Shown: positions 46,367 through 56,885, counted from the stretch's first letter. The stretch is 64,000 bases of DNA from Candidatus Micrarchaeota archaeon (GCA_016207165.1 JACQQD010000003.1:32001-96000), one strand, 5' to 3'. Notes: generated by a model from the sequence alone, not told the origin. Numbers and translations: made by a program.

Positions 46367-46783
46367 TCACGCCAGCCGCTCGGTTTCCGTGATCTTGACC
46401 GTCGCCGGACTAAACGTTCCCCCGTACGACGTGATTTGGCCTTCCGCGTGAACCCCGTTGCCGTACACGATCTTGATTCTTTCCCCAACCCGCCCGTCTT
46501 CAAGCGCCGTGACGAACAAGACGTCCAACAGCGCCGCGCGCACGCCGCCTTCCCGCCGAAACAAGGCCACCATGGAATCGCCTTTCTTGATGCCGCGCAC
46601 GTGCGGGTACGCAAAAGCCCACACGATGGACAAGCCGATGCCCAAGGCCAAAAGACGCCACACGTCGGACAAGAATTGAGCGCCGGTAACTCCTCGTTGA
46701 ACCAAAAAGCCGCTCAAACCAAACAAAATCAGGGCTACGCTTACCGAAACGGTCAACGCCTTTCCCAACGCACTGAGGTTCAT
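46367..46783 (-). CDS. Hypothetical membrane protein with C-terminal beta domain
   Basis: Two TM helices then soluble domain; between cdc48 and the site-2 protease. Confidence 0.6.
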   Translation of the reverse strand: MNLSALGKALTVSVSVALILFGLSGFLVQRGVTGAQFLSDVWRLLALGIGLSIVWAFAYPHVRGIKKGDSMVALFRREGGVRAALLDVLFVTALEDGRVGERIKIVYGNGVHAEGQITSYGGTFSPATVKITETERLA

Positions 46784-46792
46784 GAAAAAGTT

Positions 46793-48919
46793 TCACGCGT
46801 ACTGCAAGTCTTTTTCGCGTTGCCGCTTCTTCATGAGGATGGGTGACAGCGTGGACAACGCTTTCTCAAAGTGCTTGGGTTCCACGACTTTCGCGTTGAC
46901 ATTCTCCCGAAGCGCGACCATGGCGGCTTCCCGGCACAACCCCTCGACGTCGGCTCCGGAAAAGCCGTCCGTAACCTTGGCCAGGTGCCGAACGTCCACT
47001 TTGTTCAGCGGCATGGCCTCGGTGTGCACCTTAAAAATGGCCAGCCGCGTCTCCTCGTCGGGCAACCCGATTTCAATGATCTTGTCAAAGCGGCCCGGCC
47101 GAAGCAAAGCGGGGTCAATGATGTCAATGCGGTTGGTGGCGGCAATCACGACGATTTCCTTGATGTTCTTCAGCCCATCCATTTCCGTCAACAGCGTGTC
47201 CACCACGCGGGCGCTCACGTGGGAACCCCCCTCGTCGCCGCCGCGCACCGGAGCCACGGCGTCCAACTCGTCGATGAAAACGATGGTGGGCGCCGCCAAC
47301 CGGGCTTTCCGAAATATTTCCCTCAGCCCGCGCTCGCTTTCACCGATCCATTTCGAAAGAATCTCCGGGCCCTTGATGGAAATGAAGTTGGCTTCCGCCT
47401 CCGTGGCCACGGCCTTGGCCAACATGGTCTTGCCCGTGCCCGGCGGACCGTAAAGCAGAATGCCTTTCACGGGCCGAATTCCCAACCGCTTGAAGGCCTC
47501 CGGCTTTTTGAGCGGCATTTCGACAGCTTCCCGAATCTCGCGTTTGGCCTCGTCCAATCCGCCGACGTCGCTCCAGCGCACGTTGGGCGCCTCCACGAAA
47601 ACCTCTCTTAACGCCGAGGGGTGAATCTCGCGAAGCGCATTCTTCACGTCGTCGCGCGTGACTTTGAGTTCCTCCAAAATGTGGGCGGGAATCTCCTCGT
47701 CCTCCAAATTGATCTTCGGTAAAATTCTCCTCAACGCCTTCATCGCGGCTTCCTTGACCAACGAATGCATGTCCGCCCCCACAAAGCCATGCGTTTGCGC
47801 CGCAATCTCGTCCAACGACACATCCTTGGAAAGCGGCATGCCGCGCGTGTGAATCTGGAGGATTTCCTTCCGGCTCTTCTTGTCCGGCACGCCAATCTCG
47901 ATTTCCCGGTCAAACCGCCCCGGCCGCCGCAACGCCGGATCGATGGCGTTCTCACGGTTGGTGGCGCCAATGACTACAACTTGCCCACGGCCCTTGAGCC
48001 CATCCATGAGCGTGAGAAGCTGGGAAACGATTCTTTTTTCGACTTCGCCCACCACTTCCTCCCGCTTGGGGGCCACCGAATCCAGTTCGTCGATGAAAAT
48101 GATGGACGGCGCGTTCTCCTCGGCTTCATTGAAAATCTGCCTTAGTCTTTCTTCGGCCTCGCCCACGAATTTGCTGACAATCTCGGGGCCGTTAATCGTA
48201 ATGAAGTGCGCGTCGGACTCGTTGGCCACCGCCCTGGCCAGAAGCGTCTTGCCGGTGCCTGGAGGCCCGTACAACAAAACGCCTTTCGGCGGCTCAATGC
48301 CCAACCGTTCAAACAATTCCGGGTGGCGCATGGGAAGTTCCACCATTTCCCGGATTTTTTGGACTTCCTCCTTGAGGCCGCCGATGTCTTCATACGAAAT
48401 CGTGGCAATCTTGCCCATTTCCTTGACGGGTTCTTCCTTGAGAATGAGCTCGGTTTCCGGCGCGACCAACAACAACCCAGCCGGCAACGTTTGGGCGACG
48501 ACGAACGGAAAAGACGTGCCAAACACGTTGACGCTCAAAATGTCTCCCTTGCTCAAAGGCTTTCCAATGAGGTTCTTCTTCACGTAAGAGTCAAAACCCG
48601 GCGCGTACCGGCTGTTCTGGTTGGGAGCCAACACGATTTTTTTCGCCGTACGAATCTGGGCTTTCTTGACTTTCACGCGGTCGCCCAAAGCGACGGACGT
48701 GTTTTGCCGCAAAATGCCGTCCATGCGCACGATGTTGAGTCCCTCGTCCTGAGGATGAGCCGGCAGAACCAGGGCGGCGGTGGCTTTCTTGCCCTTGATT
48801 TCCACGACGTCGCCCGTCGTCAGACCCAACAATCTTCGAGCGTTGGAATCCAGCCTTACGACGCGTTTTCCGTAGTCAATCTGCATGGCTTCCGCGACTT
48901 TCAACTCCAATTCGTTCAT
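46793..48919 (-). CDS. cdc48: CDC48/VCP AAA+ ATPase
   Basis: N domain plus two AAA modules (GPPGTGKT x2, RPGRFD x2). Confidence 0.97.
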   Translation of the reverse strand: MNELELKVAEAMQIDYGKRVVRLDSNARRLLGLTTGDVVEIKGKKATAALVLPAHPQDEGLNIVRMDGILRQNTSVALGDRVKVKKAQIRTAKKIVLAPNQNSRYAPGFDSYVKKNLIGKPLSKGDILSVNVFGTSFPFVVAQTLPAGLLLVAPETELILKEEPVKEMGKIATISYEDIGGLKEEVQKIREMVELPMRHPELFERLGIEPPKGVLLYGPPGTGKTLLARAVANESDAHFITINGPEIVSKFVGEAEERLRQIFNEAEENAPSIIFIDELDSVAPKREEVVGEVEKRIVSQLLTLMDGLKGRGQVVVIGATNRENAIDPALRRPGRFDREIEIGVPDKKSRKEILQIHTRGMPLSKDVSLDEIAAQTHGFVGADMHSLVKEAAMKALRRILPKINLEDEEIPAHILEELKVTRDDVKNALREIHPSALREVFVEAPNVRWSDVGGLDEAKREIREAVEMPLKKPEAFKRLGIRPVKGILLYGPPGTGKTMLAKAVATEAEANFISIKGPEILSKWIGESERGLREIFRKARLAAPTIVFIDELDAVAPVRGGDEGGSHVSARVVDTLLTEMDGLKNIKEIVVIAATNRIDIIDPALLRPGRFDKIIEIGLPDEETRLAIFKVHTEAMPLNKVDVRHLAKVTDGFSGADVEGLCREAAMVALRENVNAKVVEPKHFEKALSTLSPILMKKRQREKDLQYA

Positions 48920-48999
48920 GATGGTAATAGCCTCCGAAGAAGTATCTGGCGTCCAATACGTAATAGTCCCAGAACGCTTTTTTAAAGCAACGGTTGCAA

Positions 49000-49494
49000 T
49001 CACGTTTTCGGAACGAAAACGCCGGCTTTCCTGTCTTTTTGGACGTTTCCCGCCTTGAAGTAGCGGCCATTCATGGCCAAATAGACTCCGGGCGGCAACG
49101 TCTGCACGAACGCCAAGGCGGAACCCAAATTGAAGAGCCCGTCCGAAGAGCCGAACGTAAAAGGAATCATGGCGCCGGTGAGCACCACCGTCTTTCTACT
49201 GACTTTCTTGGCCACGGCTTCCGCGGTTTCCGGCATGGTGTCCGTGCCGTGCGTCACGACAATCCGCTTTTCCTTGGCTGCCTCGCACGCATCGGCCACA
49301 GCCTTTCGGTCTTCATCCTTGAAATCCAGGCTATCCTTGAGAAGCAGGGTTTCAACCTCCACGTCCAAGTGGCAGCGGCCTTCCTTGAGCACCTGCGGCA
49401 CGTGCGTCTTGGAAAACGAGAGTTTGGCGTGGATTTCATCGTAAAACTTGTCAAACGTGCCGCCCGTGACGAGAATCTTGATTTTCTCCGTCAT
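49000..49494 (-). CDS. Short-chain asparaginase (N-domain only)
   Basis: TGGT.DK, THGTDTM, TGAM.P, SDG.FNLG. Confidence 0.9.
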   Translation of the reverse strand: MTEKIKILVTGGTFDKFYDEIHAKLSFSKTHVPQVLKEGRCHLDVEVETLLLKDSLDFKDEDRKAVADACEAAKEKRIVVTHGTDTMPETAEAVAKKVSRKTVVLTGAMIPFTFGSSDGLFNLGSALAFVQTLPPGVYLAMNGRYFKAGNVQKDRKAGVFVPKT

Positions 49495-50456
49495 TTCTTT
49501 TGCCCCGCCAAAACGATTTGCGCCAACAACGCTTCCATTTGGATGCGTTCGTCCGCGCCCTCGCTCATCCGGAAAGAATACTCGCCGACTTTGTCAACCA
49601 GGTGCACTTTCACGGAATCCGGCAAATCCATGGACACGATTTCACGGTACACTTGCTTCATGACGTCTTCCCCGGAAAGACCGTACTTGACCATCAACGA
49701 ATCCAACTGGGTTCGGGCCTCCAAGAAAGAGCCCTTCCACGCAAGATTCACCATGTCCTGGACTTCCTTGGGCCGCGCCTGCGCGGCCACCTTGTACACG
49801 TCGTCTTCCGACACGCTGGACCCCAACACCGACGCGGCTTGAAGCACGTTGAGCACTTTGCGCGCGTCGCCTTGCGCCATGTGCACCACGGCTTCGGCGG
49901 CCCCTTCCCCTAATTTAAGCTTCTCGGCGGCGGCCACTTTTAACACCAGCTTCTGCAAGTCTTCTTGCTTGAGCGGCCCAAAACGAAACACGGCGCACCG
50001 GCTCTGGATGGGCTCGATGATGCGCGACGAATAATTCGCGTTCAAAATGAATCGGCACGTTTTGGTGTATTGTTCCATGGTCCGACGCAAGGCTTGTTGA
50101 GCATCATTGGTCAACGCGTCGGCTTCATCCAAAAAAATGAGTTTGAAGGGCACGTCCGCCAACGCCATGGTTCTGGCAAAGTCCTTGATTTTTCCGCGCA
50201 CCACGTCGATTCCACGTTCATCCGACGCATTCATTTCGTGAAAGCTGGCACGGTAGTTTTCACCGAAAAGTCCGCGCGCCAACGCCAGGGCCGCGGAAGT
50301 TTTGCCCGTGCCTGCCGGGCCCGCAAACAACAGATGCGGAACGTTTTTCTGCTCGGCATACGCTTTGAGCCGCTCGACGGCCACGTCCTGGCCCAACACG
50401 TCATCCAACGTTTGGGGACGGTATTTTTCCACCCACGGAATGTAATCGGAATCCAT
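49491..50456 (-). CDS. rfcS: Replication factor C small subunit
   Basis: PWVEKYRP, GPAGTGKT, NASDERGIDV, DEAD, SRC. Confidence 0.97.
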   Translation of the reverse strand: MDSDYIPWVEKYRPQTLDDVLGQDVAVERLKAYAEQKNVPHLLFAGPAGTGKTSAALALARGLFGENYRASFHEMNASDERGIDVVRGKIKDFARTMALADVPFKLIFLDEADALTNDAQQALRRTMEQYTKTCRFILNANYSSRIIEPIQSRCAVFRFGPLKQEDLQKLVLKVAAAEKLKLGEGAAEAVVHMAQGDARKVLNVLQAASVLGSSVSEDDVYKVAAQARPKEVQDMVNLAWKGSFLEARTQLDSLMVKYGLSGEDVMKQVYREIVSMDLPDSVKVHLVDKVGEYSFRMSEGADERIQMEALLAQIVLAGQKK

Positions 50457-50535
50457 CAACATCAGGAAGGATTTCTGTGGCGTGTTGACCTTAAAAATCA
50501 AACGGCTTAAAAACGAGGGCGTCGTCTGGTTAACC

Positions 50536-50856
50536 ATGCTTCTTTGCACCACGGAAAACCCGCCCGGTCAAAAAATAAGGGACTACAAGGGCGTGGTGTG
50601 GGCCTCGGTGGTCCGCTCCAAGCACTTGGGACACGACTTTTACGCCGTTTTGAAGAGCCTGAAAGGCGGCGACATCTCCTCGTATCAAAACCTCACCAAC
50701 CAAGCCCGCGCCGACGTGCTGAAAAAACTGGAGGAAAACGCGAAAAAGCAGGGCGCCAACGCCGTCGTCGGACTGCAATTCGGCACCACGCAAATCCTCC
50801 CATCCACCATTGAAGTCTGGGCGGTAGGAACCGCGGTTACCCTCGCCAAAAAATAA
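50536..50856 (+). CDS. YbjQ/UPF0145 family protein
   Basis: TTE..PG, GG....Y......AR, GANAVVG, GTAV. Confidence 0.9.
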   Translation: MLLCTTENPPGQKIRDYKGVVWASVVRSKHLGHDFYAVLKSLKGGDISSYQNLTNQARADVLKKLEENAKKQGANAVVGLQFGTTQILPSTIEVWAVGTAVTLAKK

Positions 50857-50874
50857 TCCACGGACCAATAAACC

Positions 50875-52638
50875 ATGAAATGGATGCTCCTGGTTTTGGC
50901 CGGAGTCCTGGTTTTTGGATGCCTCCAGTCCCCCCCTCAAAGCGCAAGCCCAACACCGGAAACCCCTGTCCCGCCAACGCCTTTCATTGAACCCTCTTTA
51001 TCGCCCACGCAAACCCCGGTTCCCAGCGACTTCGTCTCGCGGAGATTTGAAACCCGCTCCGACGGCGCCGTGCGCGTGACCAATCCCCCTGGAAAGCAAA
51101 GCGACCAGAACCCCGCGTTCTTGGACGAAAACCACGTCCTATTCACGCGCTTTGCCGACGGCTACAACCAAGGCAAAGCCAAACTCGTCTTGATGGATTT
51201 AAGGGATGGCTCCGAAACCGTGGTCGTCAACGATGGCGGCACGGCGGTGTCCACCAACGGCAACCCCTTCACTCCAGACAAAAACCAAGTTTGTTACGCC
51301 TCGGATGCCAAAAGCGAGGATGACATATGGTGCGTGCCGGTCTTGGGTGGAACGCCGACGCGCGTCACCCGCGACGAATCCGGCAAGCACTTCATTGAAC
51401 CGTCCGTACGCTTTGACGGCCAACGCATTGCCTTTGAAATGCATGGCCCCGGCGACATTGACGCCTCCAGGGGCCAGATCTGGACCACGGACTTTTCCGG
51501 CAACACACGGGTCCTATTGGCGGATGACGCCGACAACCGCTTGCCGCAATACCATCCCACGGAAAACAAGATCCTCGTCCAACGCAAAGAAAACGGGTTG
51601 TTTCGGTTGTTTGTCTTGGATGAGGCCACGGGCCTACTTGCCGAAGTCGGCATTTTAACCGACGAAGGCACCGACGCGTCGTGGACGAAAAAAGGCGGCA
51701 TCGTATACTCGGGTGAAAGCGCAAGGCTTGCCGTTCCGCAAATCTTCATTCTTGAAGACGACCAAAGCACGCGCATCACAGACTCGGCCATGCTGGATTC
51801 CGCGCCGGCGGCTTCAACCAAACAAGTGGCGTTTGAGTCGCGCGAAAGAAAAAACATGCCGTCACGCATTTGGATCAAGACCCTACCCGTTGAACGCGCA
51901 CCCAGGCCACCGCCAACGGATTACACCATTGCCAAAGGCGCCTCGTTTTCCTGGCAACTCGTCGAACCCATGAACACCAAAATCCAAGCCGACGTGTACG
52001 ACATCGACTTGTTCGAAAGCAATGCGTCTACCGTGCAACAGCTTCACGACCAAGGCAGGAAAGTGGTTTGCTACCTAAGCGCCGGCACGTGGGAACCCTA
52101 CCGCCCCGACGCCGGCGCGTTTCCACTGGAAGCCATCGGCAGAACCTATGCGCCTCCGTTTGACGACGAAAAATGGCTGGACATCCGAGACGAACGCGTT
52201 CAGGACATCATGGAAAAACGGCTGGATTTGTGCAAGCAAAAAGGCTTTGACGGCGTGGAGCCTGACAACGTCGACGGCTTCCAACAAAAAACGGGGTTTG
52301 ACTTGACGGCCAAAGACCAGCTGGCGTACAACGCGTGGCTGGCGAAACAAGCGCACGCCCGGGGACTGTCCGTCGGCTTGAAAAATGACGGCGAACAAGC
52401 CGCAGACTTGGTCAACGAATTTGACTTTGCGCTGGTGGAGCAATGCGTTTCCGACGGATTCTGCGAAGAATTCAAGCCGTTTGTGGACGCGGGCAAAGCC
52501 GTGTTCATGGTGGAATACACCGACCAAGGCACCACCCTGGATGAAATCTGTTTTTCAGCTGAACAATTCGGCTACTTTGGCTTGCTGAAAAACCGGAACT
52601 TGGATGCGTTCGAGGCAACGTGTCCGAAAGCCGGTTAA
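50875..52638 (+). CDS. Lipoprotein: TolB-like beta-propeller + GH114 endo-alpha-1,4-polygalactosaminidase domain
   Basis: Lipobox VFGC, Pro-rich linker, PD40-like repeats; YDIDLF, VCY.SAG.WE..RPD, GFDGVEPDNVD, LKND. Confidence 0.8.
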   Translation: MKWMLLVLAGVLVFGCLQSPPQSASPTPETPVPPTPFIEPSLSPTQTPVPSDFVSRRFETRSDGAVRVTNPPGKQSDQNPAFLDENHVLFTRFADGYNQGKAKLVLMDLRDGSETVVVNDGGTAVSTNGNPFTPDKNQVCYASDAKSEDDIWCVPVLGGTPTRVTRDESGKHFIEPSVRFDGQRIAFEMHGPGDIDASRGQIWTTDFSGNTRVLLADDADNRLPQYHPTENKILVQRKENGLFRLFVLDEATGLLAEVGILTDEGTDASWTKKGGIVYSGESARLAVPQIFILEDDQSTRITDSAMLDSAPAASTKQVAFESRERKNMPSRIWIKTLPVERAPRPPPTDYTIAKGASFSWQLVEPMNTKIQADVYDIDLFESNASTVQQLHDQGRKVVCYLSAGTWEPYRPDAGAFPLEAIGRTYAPPFDDEKWLDIRDERVQDIMEKRLDLCKQKGFDGVEPDNVDGFQQKTGFDLTAKDQLAYNAWLAKQAHARGLSVGLKNDGEQAADLVNEFDFALVEQCVSDGFCEEFKPFVDAGKAVFMVEYTDQGTTLDEICFSAEQFGYFGLLKNRNLDAFEATCPKAG

Positions 52639-53741
52639 GTCCGCAACGACGCCGTGAGTTCCCGCCATTTCTCCTGCACGCGGAAAAAGCGTTTGACCTG
52701 GGATTCCAAGTCAGGCAAGCACACGTCCTTGAATGAAGTCAACGCGAACCTAAAATACTCTTTCTCGATGTCCGAGTCCTCCAATTTCTTGACGGCCTCG
52801 TCCAACGGTTTCTGCTGTTGGCGCCGCAACGCAAAGCGTTCCGGCGAGAACTCATGCAACAGCGTATTTGGCCCCTCGCGGCAAGAACGCGTTACTTGCT
52901 CGTCGGTTGGAAGGCGGCCGAACTGCTTTAACGCGTACTCGACCGCCAACCCGATGCACGAGCCTTGCACGCCGTCCACGTAATAGTTGACCAGCGTGTC
53001 CAACCCGTACTTTTCCGGCTTGTGGAAACCCACCGGTGCTTCAGGAAGAAACGGTTGGAACGCCTCTTCTTTCGAAAAATACTTGGACAAAGAACAAAAC
53101 ACGCCGTCCTCGATGCGGAAACGCGTCGGAAAAAACGCGTACGGCAAAGCCAGTTTCCAGGACACCGCCAGACAACCCGCCTGGTAGCCCTCGACACTGG
53201 GCGGCCACTCGTCGGAATACCCGCAAAACGCTTCCCGCAACTTGACCAGCGCTTCTTTTCTTGAAATGCGGTGCTCGCGGAAATCCGTTAAAGCTCTGGA
53301 CGCTTTGTCCATCAAAAACGACACGCCGGTGCGGCGGCCCGCATACGCGCCCACCACCAACCCGTGGTCGTTTAAGTGCTTGGCAAACCGGGTGAAGAAC
53401 GGCTCCACGGGCACCACGTCGTCGTCCAAAAACACGACGTTTTTTTGGCGCTTTACGGCTTCCAGCAACACGGCGTTCCGGGGCCCGCCATAAGGCCCCT
53501 CAAACAAGAACCGGTACTCCGCCGCCTGATGATTCAAATACGTTTTTTCATCCAGGATGGAAACGCCGACGCCATACGGCTTGGCGGCCGCATCGCCGAA
53601 CATCTGGTTTTCTGCGGCGTGCCCCGACCCATCCACCACCACGACTTCCGCGCGAACCCCCTCGCTTTGGAGGGCCTCCAAGACGTTCAGCACGGTGGGC
53701 CGCAGGCGGTGGGCGCGATTGGAAACAATGCCGACGATCAT
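52635..53741 (-). CDS. GT-A-fold glycosyltransferase-like protein (paralog of 6534..7517)
   Basis: VVVDG, GG.RN, VVFLDDD, FFP...R.EDG. Confidence 0.6.
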   Translation of the reverse strand: MIVGIVSNRAHRLRPTVLNVLEALQSEGVRAEVVVVDGSGHAAENQMFGDAAAKPYGVGVSILDEKTYLNHQAAEYRFLFEGPYGGPRNAVLLEAVKRQKNVVFLDDDVVPVEPFFTRFAKHLNDHGLVVGAYAGRRTGVSFLMDKASRALTDFREHRISRKEALVKLREAFCGYSDEWPPSVEGYQAGCLAVSWKLALPYAFFPTRFRIEDGVFCSLSKYFSKEEAFQPFLPEAPVGFHKPEKYGLDTLVNYYVDGVQGSCIGLAVEYALKQFGRLPTDEQVTRSCREGPNTLLHEFSPERFALRRQQQKPLDEAVKKLEDSDIEKEYFRFALTSFKDVCLPDLESQVKRFFRVQEKWRELTASLRT

Positions 53742-54298
53742 TGCACGTCCCCGTGGCCCGGAGCCAGCAACCGGTAATCCAGGCGTTCAAGCAAGGAAAG
53801 GGATTCATCCAACGCCGAAGAGTTGCCGCCCCACAAATCCGTACGCCCAACCCCTCCATGGGAAAACTTGGTGTCCCCCGAAAAAAGAATTCCCGAATTC
53901 TTCTCCAGAAAGCACACGCTGCCGGGCGTGTGACCGGGGGTGTGGAAAAGCTCCAACGCAAAATCGTCAAACCCCAGCACGTTTCCCGAAAACGGCTTGA
54001 AAAAATCGGGCTTAGGCGTATCCGCATAATCCGCGTTCAAGTCTTCCAGCACCCGCAAGTCCCCGGCGTGCATGAGCCCAGGCCACTGCGCCTCCAACGC
54101 CCCCAGCACGTGGTCGAAGTGGCCGTGGGTAAACAGGACGCCGGCCACGGGCTTGGACAAAAAAGACACCACGCGATCCGGATTCAGGCCCGAGTCAACC
54201 AGCCACACCGCATTTTTTCCTTCCAACACGTAGACGTTGGACGACAACGGTTCCTCATCCCCGTAGACGACGTGGATGCCATCCGCCAATTCCTGCAT
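53738..54298 (-). CDS. MBL-fold hydrolase (glyoxalase II-like)
   Basis: THGHFDH, TPGHTPGS, FSGD..F, GRTD, PGHG. Confidence 0.92.
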   Translation of the reverse strand: MQELADGIHVVYGDEEPLSSNVYVLEGKNAVWLVDSGLNPDRVVSFLSKPVAGVLFTHGHFDHVLGALEAQWPGLMHAGDLRVLEDLNADYADTPKPDFFKPFSGNVLGFDDFALELFHTPGHTPGSVCFLEKNSGILFSGDTKFSHGGVGRTDLWGGNSSALDESLSLLERLDYRLLAPGHGDVQ

Positions 54299-54300
54299 GA

Positions 54301-54513
54301 CTAGGCGGGTTGGGACGCCGGAGCTTGAAAACGCTTCTGGGTGGACTTTTTACCCCAGCAATCCTTGCAGATGACGCGGCGCTCGGTTTTGGTCGCCGTC
54401 AAACTGGACTTGATGCAGTACTTACAAACGATCCGCTTGCAGTACGTGCAAGGCTCAAAATAGTACTCTTCCTTGCCGCACCGCTCGCATTTCTTCAACG
54501 ACGCCTTCTTCAA
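54301..54513 (-). CDS. Small Cys-rich zinc-finger protein
   Basis: Four CxxC pairs (CERC, CTYC, CKYC, CKDC). Confidence 0.7.
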   Translation of the reverse strand: MKKASLKKCERCGKEEYYFEPCTYCKRIVCKYCIKSSLTATKTERRVICKDCWGKKSTQKRFQAPASQPA

Positions 54514-54616
54514 AACAGAGACACCCCTAAGTGGAACGCAAAAACCGAATTCCAAAGGAAACCGGAAACACTCTGTAAAGGCCTTGATTTAAAAAGGCTT
54601 CGCGAGAGGGCGAGGC

Positions 54617-54967
54617 CTACTCCTTGCGACGGCGCTTGATTCGGGGCGGAAGTCTCGGCAAGACACCGCGAGTTGGCGGAGGATCCACTGGAACGCCCGT
54701 CGCCAACGGCAAAACCCGATCCGAATGCTCTTTTTTGACCCATGCCTGCAATTCCCTCTTCAATACATTGGAAACGCCGCGGTATACGCGATTCAACTTT
54801 GAAGAATCATCACGAAAAACGAAACGTCCATTTTCCAGATCCGGCAATTTTTCTCCAACGGCATGGTCCGAAACATGGATTCCCATGACGAACCCCAAAC
54901 CATTAAGGAGAATCGGGCCATGTTCAGCGTGTTCCAACGTAAACGACTTTTCCCTGGGGCCAACCAT
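54617..54967 (-). CDS. Hypothetical orphan with Arg-rich C-terminus (possibly a 5'-truncated relic)
   Basis: 116-aa ORF ending PPRIKRRRKE. Confidence 0.4.
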   Translation of the reverse strand: MVGPREKSFTLEHAEHGPILLNGLGFVMGIHVSDHAVGEKLPDLENGRFVFRDDSSKLNRVYRGVSNVLKRELQAWVKKEHSDRVLPLATGVPVDPPPTRGVLPRLPPRIKRRRKE

Positions 54968-55023
54968 GGAAATCGCATTGGGGACGCCAGAAGATAAAAA
55001 CCGTTGCCATCCATTACACCCCT

Positions 55024-55242
55024 ATGAACGCGTTCATCAAGACGTTTGGCTGCACCTACAACCACGCCGACTCCGACGACCCGGCGGCCCAACAAGGCAT
55101 TTTGTGCCGGTCCAACGGCTACCGGCCCATCATCCTGGAAAACGCGGAAATCGGGCGAACCCACTCCGTCCGAATTCAGCAGGCGGGCACCGCGTATTTG
55201 AAGGCGTACAACCCAGAACAATCCATTGTAGCGAGGTTCTAG
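55024..55242 (+). pseudogene. Internally deleted MiaB/MtaB-type tRNA methylthiotransferase
   Basis: N-terminal IKTFGC.YN.ADS joined directly to TRAM-like end R...YRPII...IG....V.I...G.AYL; no radical-SAM CxxxCxxC. Confidence 0.7.
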
Positions 55243-55249
55243 TTTTTGC

Positions 55250-55600
55250 ATGCATGAAATAATTCGAGGAATCCGCGAAAACCTCCATGTAACGGACACC
55301 AAAAAACCAGTCCTCATTAGAATGCGCACAAACGGACCGCACCTGGAGGTGCATTACGCCTCCAAGGAACACTACAAAGAAGACGAAGAACGCATCCGAG
55401 CCATCGCGGAAAAACATGGTTTTAGAGTCGACATCACTCGAAGTGGCACGAACATTCGCCGCATTCAGTTGCCGCCGGAAGAATTGGAGGAATGGCACCG
55501 GGAACGGGTTCGGTTAAAAAACATGGCCAAAATACCGCCCGGCGAACAAGGAAAGCGCATGGCGGAAATCCTGGAAAGCCTCAAAGACGCCGAAAAATGA
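55250..55600 (+). CDS. Hypothetical charged orphan
   Basis: 116-aa ORF filling the gap. Confidence 0.5.
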   Translation: MHEIIRGIRENLHVTDTKKPVLIRMRTNGPHLEVHYASKEHYKEDEERIRAIAEKHGFRVDITRSGTNIRRIQLPPEELEEWHRERVRLKNMAKIPPGEQGKRMAEILESLKDAEK

Positions 55601-55643
55601 ATTCCGAAAGCGTTTAAATCAAACGCCCGTCAACAAGAAAACC

Positions 55644-56402
55644 ATGCCCAAGGCGTACCTGGACAAGATCTTCGGCCACACGCTGGACGCCTACCGCAAA
55701 AACGGCAAACTCATCCTGTTTTTCTCCGTGCCGTTTCTCGTCGTCATACCCCTCTTGTTCTTCCTGCCGAACTTCGCGTCCTTGGGCGGATTGTTTCTAC
55801 GGTTTGACAGCGTTCCGGCCAACGTGGACTTCTCGCAGTTTGGCTTCATCGCCGCCGTCTACCTGGCATCGCTTCTATTGGCCTCGTTTGCCATTTCCGC
55901 CATCAACATCGTTTTGCGCTCCCAGCGCACCCTGACGCGCCTGACGCATTTCGAGGTCCAACGCATCGAGCACGCCACCTTCAAATTGTTCTTCGTGTTT
56001 CTCACGGCCAGCGTCGTGATCTTGGCTGCCAACGTGCTTTTGCTGAACAGCCAAATCCAGTTCAACGGTGGCCCCCTGCCCCTGCAGCCGCTCTTGGGAA
56101 GCCTCATTGCGTTCCTGGTTTCCGGAGCGGTATTGTTTGCCCCCCAAGCCATAACCGTGGACGACGCCCCGCTTTCCGAAGCCGTGGTGCGCAGCACCCG
56201 ATTCATGTTCCGCAAACCCTTCCTATTTCTATCGTTCCTCGTCGTCGCGTCCATCCTGCTTTTGGCCAACGACGCCCTGTTTTTGGCGGTAACGCCGGAT
56301 GGCTCTCGCCTGGCGACGTTGTTGGTCAACGGCTTTCTCATCGTCCCCTTCCTGGAAGTCATGAAGACGCACGTCTACCTCTCCAAATACGAGTTGATTT
56401 GA
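55644..56402 (+). CDS. Hypothetical membrane protein
   Basis: ~6 TM segments; promoter motif AAAGCGTTTAAA at 55607. Confidence 0.75.
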   Translation: MPKAYLDKIFGHTLDAYRKNGKLILFFSVPFLVVIPLLFFLPNFASLGGLFLRFDSVPANVDFSQFGFIAAVYLASLLLASFAISAINIVLRSQRTLTRLTHFEVQRIEHATFKLFFVFLTASVVILAANVLLLNSQIQFNGGPLPLQPLLGSLIAFLVSGAVLFAPQAITVDDAPLSEAVVRSTRFMFRKPFLFLSFLVVASILLLANDALFLAVTPDGSRLATLLVNGFLIVPFLEVMKTHVYLSKYELI

Positions 56403-56406
56403 ACGC

Positions 56407-56859
56407 GTGCCCCAACGACTAAAGGAAATGCATAGAGAACTCTTGGAACGCGGATACACGTTGGTTAAAGATCGGGGTACCCTGCGATACGTCGCGAAAC
56501 CAGCAAAAGCGGAACACCCGCGCCGAGAACTGGTCTTAAACATTAAACCGAACCTCGTCGAAGAAGGAAGCACGATTCCGGAACCCAACCGGCCATTCAT
56601 GATGGAAATTGAACTAACCAACGGCACCCACGTTCAACACCGCGAACTGAGCCGCGAAGCGGAAGAAGACATTGAAGCCACCCTGCCCAGGAAAATAAGC
56701 CTGTCCTACCGAAAAATCGGAGGTCGTCTCAAAGACCACGTACGTGAAGCGGAAAAAGACATGGAGATAAAATACGGGTTCGAGGGACTTGCTCGATCCA
56801 TTGCGCTAAGCCAAGCCGTATACCATTGGCTAACGGAAAAAAAAGAATCCGGCTCATAA
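56407..56859 (+). CDS. Hypothetical charged orphan
   Basis: 150-aa ORF filling the gap. Confidence 0.55.
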   Translation: MPQRLKEMHRELLERGYTLVKDRGTLRYVAKPAKAEHPRRELVLNIKPNLVEEGSTIPEPNRPFMMEIELTNGTHVQHRELSREAEEDIEATLPRKISLSYRKIGGRLKDHVREAEKDMEIKYGFEGLARSIALSQAVYHWLTEKKESGS

Positions 56860-56885
56860 CGCTTTAAACCCTAAAAAACCAAGTA

